Source: Gemmatimonas sp. | Lineage (GTDB): Bacteria > Gemmatimonadota > Gemmatimonadetes > Gemmatimonadales > Gemmatimonadaceae | NCBI GenBank assembly: GCA_031414535.1 | Contig: JANNVQ010000014.1 | Span: 96,001 to 160,000, forward strand | Direction of reading: 5' to 3' | DNA: 64,000 nt | Part shown: piece by piece, positions 39,601 through 47,977 of the stretch | Position numbering within the stretch: the stretch's first letter is position 1 | Layout of the letters: every line of letters begins with the position of its first letter | Position numbers and translations under genes: made by a program | The notes under the pieces: model-generated | Told to the model about the DNA's origin: nothing | Database searches by the model: none | The model's input: only the letters and a program-made list of their open reading frames with translations

Positions 39601-39690
39601 GTCCGAGCCCTGCGCCCACACTGAGTTCGGCAGGCACCCGATGAGTGCACCACCGAACATGAGCTGGCGAAGGGTGGAATGGCATCGCAT
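36649..39690 (-). CDS. Large secreted phospholipase D-superfamily protein (cardiolipin-synthase-like core)
   Basis: First HKD motif HRKLIFYD followed by WEDRSILVRGPAA; second degenerate motif HLKANYF with a distant GSQNQNYRS. Signal-like N-terminus; start uncertain. Confidence 0.65.
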   Translation of the reverse strand: MRCHSTLRQLMFGGALIGCLPNSVWAQGSDTVPRAVLSLGQPKPWSWLSGLAVGGLGGSPALADPVQLRLGVYHSIKNPVVDALGLSFETYTGIADAGDASVGARARLAIPILGVALGADHDMARNRTDAIYSFRAPLRRGGAVGFGSMLRLDYIPGRGRQLYAGIELPLVQRVNAGRKRPATDRAMPARREPSGRAAASASANKPPAFAATLDALHRDATTITTHVVPFLGRALPSAGSAERSAAPTVDVAAAIARYHDAIDLAFAQSLASATPTEADAALVRRAAALARQVLLDEVLLPYNRLLGQAKHPRVMPVLLANARDAFQLHLEGLPALGRTRVSAAGAIFATMLDVVARQREEIAGAWIDERFGWIPLQLALRAEAHDTQAELDALVSRAVETPFTEGNFVSYIINEQFQYQLSRSIRAAEEYHVLWTHDFRGVDDVGDPDEVSYRQVVRSYLAAMTARVRAYDSTGRFPTYLILHDQWYYSVRSGSLFLKFLEDPTRAEVALPREFRSWGDTIRAAQEELRAAIRNSRRLQAERARLGDAWLRNLIKVHVSVMNRPDPAFRSWRLASGLPMTDNILRDHRKLIFYDISEADPYRGEAMYTGAGVGEHYSNLTWEDRSILVRGPAALDLKNQARRNLMAHRLPLDRLPQALQLRTRADDYDAIVRAGAARDGVSQRALSIHNETGYDSKHVNVAKAVLYTMMPSGSVILVPDSFWNAEFWGSTLFGAALRGARVLVIAPSYRSNSVEVRGTQLLSRELLWRILAARERHAATLAQSGGLIQVGIFDSKIAVTDIPAKVRSVRTTFEANPWLRELFGFPDAAYTDLARLEEDIARLAMASSRQREFEHDDRTRLHLKANYFASREAWTIMQRPEWGQLTWSFVTQRIAQVQGRGQSVMRMEETPDAVLDIGTSFVRDWEASLSDAERERVVFYHMMGSQNQNYRSMVMDAEVAFVTAGWPSVIPYLDALALIGQSEWMERPEDLNRMLPPMGGFMNFVAHWGRLAF

Positions 39691-39775
39691 ACCCACATGA
39701 CTACGCCTAAAGGAGAAAGCTGTCAAAGCGAAGACCTAGGCCTACTTCGTGACTGGCTTTCCCTCTAAGCACCCC

Positions 39776-39805
39776 GGAACACGCGTGGAACACGCGTGGA
39801 ACACG
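39776..39805. repeat. 11-bp direct repeat (GGAACACGCGT x2 plus GGAACACG) in a divergent promoter region
   Basis: Read directly at 39776-39786, 39787-39797 and 39798-39805. Confidence 0.8.
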
Positions 39806-39899
39806 GCTGGATTCCTCTCGGAACGCTCCCGGGACGCTTCCCGGACTGGGCGCGGACGAAGAGGGCACGCCGCGCCGGTAGCGTACGGGTGACTCCCAC

Positions 39900-40772
39900 A
39901 TGGACTCCGTCATGCGCCGCTTGAACTTCGCTCGCCAAATGCTGATCGCCGCCTTCGCACCACTGTACTTCGCCCCCGTTGCCGCACAGCAGCTGGGAAG
40001 CGAGGAACGCCGCATCGTAATTGCGCTTGACCAGTCGGACTCGAGCTGGGCGGCGGAGGGCATGAGCCAGCGCCGCATGTCCCTGCGGATGGCGCACGCG
40101 GCTATCGTGCACCGCCTGCGTGTGGACTTGGTAGACGCGCAGGGCGAGGTGATCACCGCCGGTGCAGACTGGGACGTGACCGTCTTCAGCGCGGCAATGG
40201 GTGGCGTGATGGCCACTCTCAATCAGGCGCATCCCGAGTTGCGCGTACCCCGCCCCTACGGCCTGCGCTTAGAGGCCACGGACTCGTTGACCGTGGAGAT
40301 GGATGTGCGCGCGTTCCGTGCAGGTGATGTGTCCTTGCGTGCGGTAATCGACTACGAGTTGCCCGAGGCCACTGCGAGCCGTTTGCCCGTATTGGCATTG
40401 ACCAGCAGCCGCGCAGTGCTGAACCCCACGAAGAACAGTGCGAAGGCAACTACTGAAGACGCGTGGACTTGGCAGCCGACCGTGCAGGGTCGCTTGGTGG
40501 CCGTGAGCAGCGAGGCCGTGGCGCGCGCGGACGAAATCGTCTTGGAGGATGTTGCAACCGGTGCCGTGCTGTGGCGCACGCGGACCCAGCGTCCGCTGAG
40601 CGGTACGTCTGGCTATCAACGTCAAGAACAGATTCGCCCCGGCATCAACCTAGAGGAAGGTCGCAGCTACCGGCTGCGTACCATCTACGCGGCCAACGAG
40701 GCGCCGAGCGCTGCGGAGCGCGCCTTGGCTCCGCTCGCGGTGATGCGGCCTAATAGTGCGGGCAATCAGTAA
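39900..40772 (+). CDS. Hypothetical secreted protein
   Basis: 290-aa ORF with a signal-peptide-like start (…APVAAQQ). No family recognised. Confidence 0.55.
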   Translation: MDSVMRRLNFARQMLIAAFAPLYFAPVAAQQLGSEERRIVIALDQSDSSWAAEGMSQRRMSLRMAHAAIVHRLRVDLVDAQGEVITAGADWDVTVFSAAMGGVMATLNQAHPELRVPRPYGLRLEATDSLTVEMDVRAFRAGDVSLRAVIDYELPEATASRLPVLALTSSRAVLNPTKNSAKATTEDAWTWQPTVQGRLVAVSSEAVARADEIVLEDVATGAVLWRTRTQRPLSGTSGYQRQEQIRPGINLEEGRSYRLRTIYAANEAPSAAERALAPLAVMRPNSAGNQ

Positions 40773-41868
40773 CGGCACTGGGCGCGGGGAGCGTGATGTC
40801 AGTCAGCATCCACGATCCCCGCGCCAGTTCGCGCGCAGTCCCGAGCTGCTCTCTGCACAGCGCGCTGCGCTCGCCACCGACCACGTGCACCAAATCAAAC
40901 AACGCGGCGCTCTTTCGACGCAGAGCATGCCGAGTGCCGAAGGAGTGCACCAGCCACGAGTTGGCGTAGCGACCTTCCGTCATGTCCACCGTCTCGAGCC
41001 CTAGAAACACTGCCGCCCCCGGCTCGCCACCAGCAATGCGCCCAGCACGGTGCGATCGGTTCACCCGCTGCGACATCAGCAGCACGCGATCGTCCGCCGA
41101 GGCGTAGAGCAAAAGACGCTTGGTGAGCACTTGGATGGCAGGCACCAGCACCGTGCCAAAGTGCTGCAACTCGATGTCCGGCGAGACGAACGCTACGGCA
41201 CGCAGGGGATTCGCACTGAGGAGCGAACGTAGGCCCTCGTGCTCGCGCAGCGTCTCGCCAACCATCTGGCCGCCAAGGGAGTGCGCAATCAGGAGCAGAC
41301 GGCCGTTGCCGGTTGCGGCAACGCTCGTGGCGAGCGCCTCTGCGAATGCGCCTTTGCTCGCAACCGCTGCGACGGAATCCGCCCGATACGCCGTAGTGAG
41401 CACATCGCCGTCGCGCGGCCACGCGATACCCGATCCAATTGAAGGCCAAGAAAAAACAATCCAGGGCTGATCGCTACGCGAGCGGGCTCGAGCCAAGGCA
41501 CTATGCTGCCAGAGATTGCGCAACGAGGTACCGTAGCCGTGCGTGTAGAACACGGCAAAGTGGTCCGTGTCTGTGCTGGGGCCAACGCGGGCTGCGAGGC
41601 GCGCCACGAACTCGTCTCGCGTGACGATTAGCGAATCGAGAATCTCAATGCGCGCGGCGTCCACCGTGGGATCTACCATTGAGGGCCGCGCGGTTATCAC
41701 AAGTCCGTACTCGAGCGACTCCGCGAGCCTTGCCTGCTCGCGGCCGCCTTCGCGCACGCGCGCTGATGCGTAAAAGAGCGTGTCTGTTGGAGTGACGGTC
41801 GGTGCGGCAGCTGGCGGCGACGTGCACGCAGCGCCGGCGAGGGCAGCAGCAGACACAACCGCACGCAT
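40750..41868 (-). CDS. Alpha/beta hydrolase (DUF900-like esterase) lipoprotein
   Basis: Lipobox GAAC after ATG 41868; YTHGY, FSWPS, nucleophile elbow AHSLG, SPDI and YASADDRVL. Confidence 0.8.
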   Translation of the reverse strand: MRAVVSAAALAGAACTSPPAAAPTVTPTDTLFYASARVREGGREQARLAESLEYGLVITARPSMVDPTVDAARIEILDSLIVTRDEFVARLAARVGPSTDTDHFAVFYTHGYGTSLRNLWQHSALARARSRSDQPWIVFSWPSIGSGIAWPRDGDVLTTAYRADSVAAVASKGAFAEALATSVAATGNGRLLLIAHSLGGQMVGETLREHEGLRSLLSANPLRAVAFVSPDIELQHFGTVLVPAIQVLTKRLLLYASADDRVLLMSQRVNRSHRAGRIAGGEPGAAVFLGLETVDMTEGRYANSWLVHSFGTRHALRRKSAALFDLVHVVGGERSALCREQLGTARELARGSWMLTDITLPAPSAVTDCPHY

Positions 41869-41869
41869 C

Positions 41870-43096
41870 CTACTGCGCAATCGCCTTCCAAGCGTCACGT
41901 ACGGAACGCGCTCCAGCCCGTGGACCTTCGGCGTGACCGAACACTCCCCGCCCCGCCATAAATCCGAAGTCGCGCGTCCCCAGTACGGCATAGACACGCG
42001 GTAGCGTTGCCGCAGAATCACTCCCCCCGGGTACCGGCAAGGCGCGCTTGATCGGACCCATCGGCTCTAAACAAGCCTCCACGTTCTCAAGCACTTCGCG
42101 CTCACTGAGCATCATCCGCGCACCGAGGCCTGGCATGATCACGGCATCGCAACCGGCAATGCGTTGCAATCGCGTGAACACACGGGAATGGATACCGAAG
42201 CTCGGCACACGCCCGGCGGCCGCAATCATCGGAAAGTGCCCGAAGAGCGGAACGCGCGCGTGCTCGCGCAGCATACGCACGCCGCTCAGCCCCACAGGCA
42301 AGGCATTCACCAGCAAAGCACTGGCCCCATTGCCCACCGCGGTGTCGTGCAACGCAATGAGCCGTGAAACCTCGTCCGTGACATTCGCCATGTAGAACTT
42401 GTGCTCGCCCGTCGCCCGCTCGGCGCGGGCTCTCGCCGCGCCAAGCACGGCCGAGCGCGCGGCGAGCGGCGACCACGCTGGATCAGCGAGCATCTCATCG
42501 TCCTTCGCGATGTCGAGCCCGCCCATCCACGCCTCCTCGGCGATTGCCGCGAATGGCTCAGGGGCGAGTCCAATGTTTGGCTTGATGACGCCAATGAAGA
42601 TGGGTCGATCGTACACGTCGAGCAGCTTGCGCAATCCCTCAACGCCGAATTGCGGGCCCGGAAACTGCGCCAAGAACGAATCAGGAAAACGAATGTCTTC
42701 GAGCCGAATGATTGGCACATCGGGCACGAAGAACACGCCCTCGCCCATCACAGCGGACATCAAGTTGGGCAAGCGTGGACCAAAGTTTGCGTGCGGGTGC
42801 GCGATGGTCACGTGGCAACGATGGACCTCTCCAGTAGGCGAGTTGGGGATTGCCAAGCTGAATCCCTGCGGGAGTGGCTCGCTCAAGAACTCCACCACCT
42901 TCGCGCCAAAACGCGGACGGAAGTCCTCGTCCACTCCCACGCGCTTCCATTGTGCCGTGCTTTGCTCGCGACAGATGCTCGCCGCCGCTACCCGAGGATT
43001 ACCAACACATTCAAAGGTGTAATCGAGCTCGAGGTAGGCCTCTCGCTCGAGTTCTTGGCGACTCGCGAAGAACCCAGCGATGTCGTCCGCGTTCAC
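41870..43096 (-). CDS. RuBisCO-like protein (form IV, IV-Photo clade)
   Basis: EQSTAQWKRVGVDEDFR, KPNIG, GGLDIAKDDEMLAD, LPVPGGSDSA and GRGVFGH closely resemble the Chlorobaculum tepidum RLP as recalled. GTG at 43096 overlaps the yjbQ stop. Confidence 0.9.
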   Translation of the reverse strand: MNADDIAGFFASRQELEREAYLELDYTFECVGNPRVAAASICREQSTAQWKRVGVDEDFRPRFGAKVVEFLSEPLPQGFSLAIPNSPTGEVHRCHVTIAHPHANFGPRLPNLMSAVMGEGVFFVPDVPIIRLEDIRFPDSFLAQFPGPQFGVEGLRKLLDVYDRPIFIGVIKPNIGLAPEPFAAIAEEAWMGGLDIAKDDEMLADPAWSPLAARSAVLGAARARAERATGEHKFYMANVTDEVSRLIALHDTAVGNGASALLVNALPVGLSGVRMLREHARVPLFGHFPMIAAAGRVPSFGIHSRVFTRLQRIAGCDAVIMPGLGARMMLSEREVLENVEACLEPMGPIKRALPVPGGSDSAATLPRVYAVLGTRDFGFMAGRGVFGHAEGPRAGARSVRDAWKAIAQ

Positions 43097-43518
43097 GCCT
43101 GCATCAGCTGAAGGTGCACTTCGCGCTGGGCCCGAGGGCCATCGAGCTCCACGAAGAACAGGGCCTGCCAAGTGCCAAGCGCAATCTCACCGCCGCGCAC
43201 CATAATGTTCTCGCTGGCCGGCATGAACAGGCCAAGGATGTGCGCGTGGGCGTTGTCACGGCCATCCACGGTGGCGCGATTGTGCCCATAGTCGTGGTCC
43301 TTGGGTGCCATCTGCTCCAAGTACGCCACCATATCACGCTGCAGCGCTGGGTCGAGCTCGTTGATGGTGATGCGCCCCGTCGTGTGCGGCGACGAGACCG
43401 TGAGCAGTCCATCCAGGACGCCCTGCTCGACGACCCAGCCCCGGATGCGGCTCGTGAGATCAACGAACTCGATTGACGCGTTTGAGCCCAGTGTCAGCGT
43501 GTGGTGGCGAATCGGCAT
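43093..43518 (-). CDS. yjbQ: YjbQ / UPF0047 family protein
   Basis: [15 protein letters not shown] and [16 protein letters not shown]. Confidence 0.9.
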   Translation of the reverse strand: MPIRHHTLTLGSNASIEFVDLTSRIRGWVVEQGVLDGLLTVSSPHTTGRITINELDPALQRDMVAYLEQMAPKDHDYGHNRATVDGRDNAHAHILGLFMPASENIMVRGGEIALGTWQALFFVELDGPRAQREVHLQLMQA

Positions 43519-43607
43519 GCGAGCAATATGGCGGAACTGGCCGCTTGCTGCTCTTGCCCCCCCGCACTTTTCCGCTGAGCTTGAAGGCATCTTCTTCCCC
43601 ATTCTCT

Positions 43608-44069
43608 ATGCGCATCACGGTTAACGGCACGGCCCACGAATTCGAGATTGAGCCGGAGATGCCCTTACTCTGGGCACTTCGTGACGAGCTCGGCGTCACC
43701 GGCCCCAAGTACGGTTGCGGCATGGGCGTCTGCGGTGCCTGCACTGTCCACGTAGATGGCAAAGCCGTGCGCAGCTGCTCCATGCCGGTTGGTAGCGTCA
43801 CCAAGCCGGTGACCACCATCGAAGGGCTCGGCACTCCTGATTCCCTGCACGCCGTGCAGCGTGCTTGGATTGAGTTGCAGGTCGCCCAGTGTGGTTACTG
43901 CCAGAGCGGCCAGATTATGACGGCGGCGGCTTTTCTCGCCACCAATCGCAATCCTACGGACGCTCAAGTAGATGACGCGATGAACGCCAACCTCTGCCGC
44001 TGCGGCACCTACCCGCGCATTCGTGCGGCCGTGCAACGTGCGGCCGCGCTGCTCCGCGAGGTGCGCTGA
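43608..44069 (+). CDS. (2Fe-2S)-binding small subunit of a molybdenum hydroxylase (IorA/CoxS type)
   Basis: [12 protein letters not shown]...[10 protein letters not shown] and NLCRCGTY. Confidence 0.92.
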   Translation: MRITVNGTAHEFEIEPEMPLLWALRDELGVTGPKYGCGMGVCGACTVHVDGKAVRSCSMPVGSVTKPVTTIEGLGTPDSLHAVQRAWIELQVAQCGYCQSGQIMTAAAFLATNRNPTDAQVDDAMNANLCRCGTYPRIRAAVQRAAALLREVR

Positions 44070-44070
44070 C

Positions 44071-46317
44071 ATGGGCAAGCTCAAGACCATCGCACGCCGC
44101 AGCTTCGTGGTTGGCTCAGCGGCCGTAGCCGGCGGGCTCGTCGTCGGCTGGGCCGCGGTCAAGTGGCCAATTCGCAATCCCCTGCTCGATTCGCTCGACG
44201 AGGATGATGCCACGTTGAACCCCTACGTGCGCATTGATCCCAACGGCATCACCATCATCACGCCACGCGCGGATTCCGGGCAGGGCGCCTACTCAATGCA
44301 AGCGGCTTTGGTGGCCGAAGAGCTCGACGTGGAATGGGGAAGCTTTGCCGTGGAGCCGGGCCCGCCGAGCAAGGCCTACTTCAATGCGGCGGTGCTCGCC
44401 GAGGGATTTCCGCTCGCCGCTACCAACGATGGTTTTGTGGCACGCCAAGGTCGGGCTATGGGCGGAGCCATCGCCAAGCTCATCGGGCTGCAGATCACGG
44501 GTGGCTCTTCGACCGTGCCCGATGCCTACGTCAAGCTGCGCGCGGCCGGAGCCGTGGCGCGCCAGATGCTACTCGGTGCAGCCGCGAAGCGCACCGGAAT
44601 TGCCATCGCGGACCTGCGCACCGAACGCGGCGCCGTGGTCACACCAAATGGCGAGCGCATTGCCTACACCTCGCTGGGCGCCGAAGCCGCGCTCATTGAC
44701 CCGCCGGGTAAGGTGGCCCTCAAGGATCCTTCTGAGTGGCGCCTGCTTGGCAAGCCGATGCAACGGCTCGACATCGTCGCGAAGTCCACCGGCACAGCGC
44801 AGTACGGCATTGATGTGCGTTTGCCGGGAATGGTCTACGCGACGGTGCGCACCAATCCGCGCATTGGCGGAGCGGTGCGAGCCATTGACGATACGGCAGC
44901 AAAGTCGGCGCGCGGAGTTATCAAGGTCGTGCCAATCAATGGCGGCGTGGGCGTGATTGCCGACAACACTTGGCGTGCCTTTCGCGCGGCGGCGCAGGTG
45001 CAGGTGCAGTGGGGCGAGGCCCCATACCCCAAGAGCTCTGCCGAGATGTTCCGAGTAGTGGCGGAGTCCTTCACCGAAGAGCGGCGTGACTCGCGCTTTC
45101 GCAATGACGGCGACGTAGAGGAGGCACTCGCAGCAGCGGGCACTGGCGTGATTGAAGCCGAGTACAAGCTTCCCTACCTCGCGCACGCACCGCTCGAGCC
45201 CATGAACGCCGTCGTGCAACTGAAGGACGGAAAGCTCGACATCTGGACAGCGACGCAGATTCCACGCATCCTCGTCCAGTTCGCCGCCGAGACGGCTGGC
45301 ATTGATGAAGAGAACGTGACGCTGCACGCAATGATTGCCGGAGGCAGCTTTGGACGTCGCCTTGAGGACGATTACGTGCGACAGGCCGTGCAACTTGCCA
45401 TGGCGCACCAAGGCGTGCCCATCAAGATGACCTGGACGCGCGAGGAAGACTTCACACACGACTTTCCGCGCACGATGGCCATGGGACGCGGGCGCGGCCT
45501 CATCAAGGACGGCAAGGTTGAGGTCTTCGATTTAGGCATCGCCGCACCCGCCACGACGGCCTCCCAGACCGCGCGCATCAATCTTTCCGCGCCAGGACCG
45601 GATATTTCGATTGTGGCTGGCGCTTGGGACCAGCCCTATGCGATTCCACAGTATCGCGTGACTGGCTACCGTGCACCGGAGTTGGCGCCGATCAGTTCGT
45701 GGCGCTCGGTGGGCGCATCCATCAACGGATTCCTGCACGAGAGCTTCCTCGACGAACTCATTCACGCTGCCGGTGCGGACCCGCTGTTGGAGCGCATTCG
45801 CCTGTGCACGCACGACGCGTCGCGGCGCGTGATCGAAGAGGCCGGCAAGCTGAGTGATTGGGGCTCGGCGCTCGAGCCTGGACGCGGCCGAGGCATCGCC
45901 TTCACCACATCGTTCGGCGTGCCGGTGGCCGAGGTGGTAGAGGTGACCAATACGCCGGAGGGCATGCGCATTGATCGGGTTGTGGTGGTGCTCGATGTCG
46001 GTCGCGTGCTCGATCCGCAGAACTTTGAGAACCAGGTCCAAGGCGGAGTCATTTGGGGCTTAGGCCACGCGATGAACGCCGAGCTCACGTTCGCCGATGG
46101 TGTGGTGGAGCAGAGCAACTTTCATCTCTACGAGACTATGCGTCTGAAGCAGCTGCCGCAGATTGTGGTGAAAGCGCTCGACACCGACTCCAAGGTCCGT
46201 GGCGTGGGCGAGCCGCCAGTACCTCCTGCCGCGCCGGCCTTGGCCAATGCCATCTTCGCGGCCACTGGGCAGCGTATCCGTGAGTTGCCAATGCGAAAGG
46301 CCATTCGCTTCGTATGA
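44071..46317 (+). CDS. Molybdopterin-binding large subunit (IorB / aldehyde dehydrogenase beta type), Tat-exported
   Basis: Tat motif ARRSF; GQG, QITGGS, HAPLEP, GGSFGRR, WRSVG and GVGEP. Confidence 0.9.
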   Translation: MGKLKTIARRSFVVGSAAVAGGLVVGWAAVKWPIRNPLLDSLDEDDATLNPYVRIDPNGITIITPRADSGQGAYSMQAALVAEELDVEWGSFAVEPGPPSKAYFNAAVLAEGFPLAATNDGFVARQGRAMGGAIAKLIGLQITGGSSTVPDAYVKLRAAGAVARQMLLGAAAKRTGIAIADLRTERGAVVTPNGERIAYTSLGAEAALIDPPGKVALKDPSEWRLLGKPMQRLDIVAKSTGTAQYGIDVRLPGMVYATVRTNPRIGGAVRAIDDTAAKSARGVIKVVPINGGVGVIADNTWRAFRAAAQVQVQWGEAPYPKSSAEMFRVVAESFTEERRDSRFRNDGDVEEALAAAGTGVIEAEYKLPYLAHAPLEPMNAVVQLKDGKLDIWTATQIPRILVQFAAETAGIDEENVTLHAMIAGGSFGRRLEDDYVRQAVQLAMAHQGVPIKMTWTREEDFTHDFPRTMAMGRGRGLIKDGKVEVFDLGIAAPATTASQTARINLSAPGPDISIVAGAWDQPYAIPQYRVTGYRAPELAPISSWRSVGASINGFLHESFLDELIHAAGADPLLERIRLCTHDASRRVIEEAGKLSDWGSALEPGRGRGIAFTTSFGVPVAEVVEVTNTPEGMRIDRVVVVLDVGRVLDPQNFENQVQGGVIWGLGHAMNAELTFADGVVEQSNFHLYETMRLKQLPQIVVKALDTDSKVRGVGEPPVPPAAPALANAIFAATGQRIRELPMRKAIRFV

Positions 46318-47516
46318 ACGCACCACTGAACGCGCCTCGTCGCTGGTCCAGCGCCGTTACGAAGGGCGCGCCGCAGACACCCGTGTGGTCGGCACCAGAC
46401 CCCGCCCTCGCCGCGGCGGGTATTGAAGGCGAGTACGTGGTGGCGCGGGTCCGGTTCGCCGCCATGGGTCTCTTGCTCATCTCGCCGACGTACAGCTTGG
46501 TCTCCACCGGCGGCGGCGATCCGATGCACGTCGTGGGATTCGTCGTGACCATTATCTCCTTCTTGGCCTCCTTTGCCATTTGGGAGATGCTGCGTCGCGG
46601 CCATTGGCGGCCGTGGATTGGGTTTGCGTCCAGCGCCTTCGATGTCTCCATGATTTCGGTGGCGCTCGCGAGCTTTTACGTCGTTGCCACGCCGCTGAAC
46701 GCCATCAACTCGACGGTCACCTTCGAGATGTATTTCTTGGCACTCGTGGCGACCTCGCTCCGCTACGACGCGCGCATCTGCATCGCGGTCGGAGGGCTCG
46801 CCATTGGGCAGTACGGCCTGCTCTGGGCCGTGGCCGCTGCGAACAACGATTTGCGTGCCGCCGAGTATGTGCTGCGGGCGGGGCCCTACATCCCCGTGGA
46901 CCTGTTCACGCGTCTCATCCTGCTTGGCATCGCGACCATCCTCGCCGTGAGCGTCGTGCGTCGCGCCCAGCGCCTGCTCTACCTCGCCTCGCGCGACCGC
47001 CTCACTGGATTGTTCAATCGCGGGCACTTCGACCGCGCGCTCATCTCGGCGATGGACCAAGCCACCCGCGACAGTGTCCCACTCTCGCTCGCGCTCATTG
47101 ATGTGGACCACTTCAAGCAAGTCAATGATGTGCACGGCCACGCCGTGGGTGATCGTGTGCTGGAGCAGCTCGCTGACCTGATGTCGCGTTCCATGCGTCG
47201 CACGGACATCGTGGCACGATACGGCGGAGAGGAGTTCGTCATTCTCCTCCCCAGCACCACGCGAGATGCCGCCTACCATCGCATTGAAGCCCTGCGGCGC
47301 GAGGTCAGTGACTTCCCCGTACGGCTCGACGGCGATCGCATGCTACGCATCAACTTCAGTGCCGGCATCGCTGGGACCGTGGCCGATGCCGGCGTGACTG
47401 ATCCGAAGGTACTCATTGATATTGCCGACCGGCGACTGCTCGCGGCAAAGCGCGCCGGACGCGGGCGTTGCTTCGGTAGCGACGACGAGAGCGATCGCGC
47501 GGCATTGAATGGATGA
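46314..47516 (+). CDS. Membrane-bound diguanylate cyclase
   Basis: About six TM helices; DRLTGLFNR, DVDHFKQVND.HGH..GD, I-site RRTD and GGEEF. Confidence 0.92.
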   Translation: MNAPLNAPRRWSSAVTKGAPQTPVWSAPDPALAAAGIEGEYVVARVRFAAMGLLLISPTYSLVSTGGGDPMHVVGFVVTIISFLASFAIWEMLRRGHWRPWIGFASSAFDVSMISVALASFYVVATPLNAINSTVTFEMYFLALVATSLRYDARICIAVGGLAIGQYGLLWAVAAANNDLRAAEYVLRAGPYIPVDLFTRLILLGIATILAVSVVRRAQRLLYLASRDRLTGLFNRGHFDRALISAMDQATRDSVPLSLALIDVDHFKQVNDVHGHAVGDRVLEQLADLMSRSMRRTDIVARYGGEEFVILLPSTTRDAAYHRIEALRREVSDFPVRLDGDRMLRINFSAGIAGTVADAGVTDPKVLIDIADRRLLAAKRAGRGRCFGSDDESDRAALNG

Positions 47517-47908
47517 AGCCACCGAGACCCGGATTTAGCACAGGTTGGCGCGAAGGGCACTTCTTTGACTTGTGGATGCTCGTGCACTTTGCGAGCGGCG
47601 CGGCTGGCGGATTCGCTAACGTTTTCTTCGGGCTTGGCACGCTCACCGTTTACATCGTGGCCACGGTGATGATGACGCTCTGGGAGCTGGGCGAGTACCG
47701 CATGGGCGTACGCGAGTCCATGAGCAATCGCTTACTCGACATAGTGGTCGGGCTCGCGGGTGCACAAACGGCGCTCTGGATTGCCGCGCCACTCTCACGG
47801 CGCGGGCGTGTTATTGCGTTCATCGTCGGCTTCGGACTGGCGCTGGTGTTGGGCGCACTGGGCGCGATTGCCTCTCGGCGCCGCGAAAAACAACAGGCCA
47901 AGACGTAA
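47513..47908 (+). CDS. Small membrane protein
   Basis: Three to four TM segments with D.W..VHF, WELGE and ES.SN...D. ATGA overlap with the cyclase. Confidence 0.7.
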   Translation: MKPPRPGFSTGWREGHFFDLWMLVHFASGAAGGFANVFFGLGTLTVYIVATVMMTLWELGEYRMGVRESMSNRLLDIVVGLAGAQTALWIAAPLSRRGRVIAFIVGFGLALVLGALGAIASRRREKQQAKT

Positions 47909-47914
47909 GGCGAA

Positions 47915-47947
47915 CGAGGCCCGGTCAGAGAAGATGACCGGGCCTCG
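47915..47947. terminator. Terminator hairpin between convergent genes
   Basis: 13-bp stem CGAGGCCCGGTCA / TGACCGGGCCTCG with a 7-nt loop. Confidence 0.7.
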
Positions 47948-47977
47948 CTGCGTTTTGTCGCTGACTCGAATCCGTGC

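Noticed and set aside
41870..43096. RuBisCO large subunit / Calvin cycle
   Set aside because: Key carboxylase residues are replaced (KPN for KPK, HF for HR, no loop-6 Lys), and no cbbS or prk is nearby. It is a form IV RLP.
43608..46317. Aerobic CO dehydrogenase as electron source for carbon fixation
   Set aside because: No AYXCSFR-type motif and no CoxM subunit. The Tat signal and WRSVG motif fit the IorB/aldehyde dehydrogenase type.
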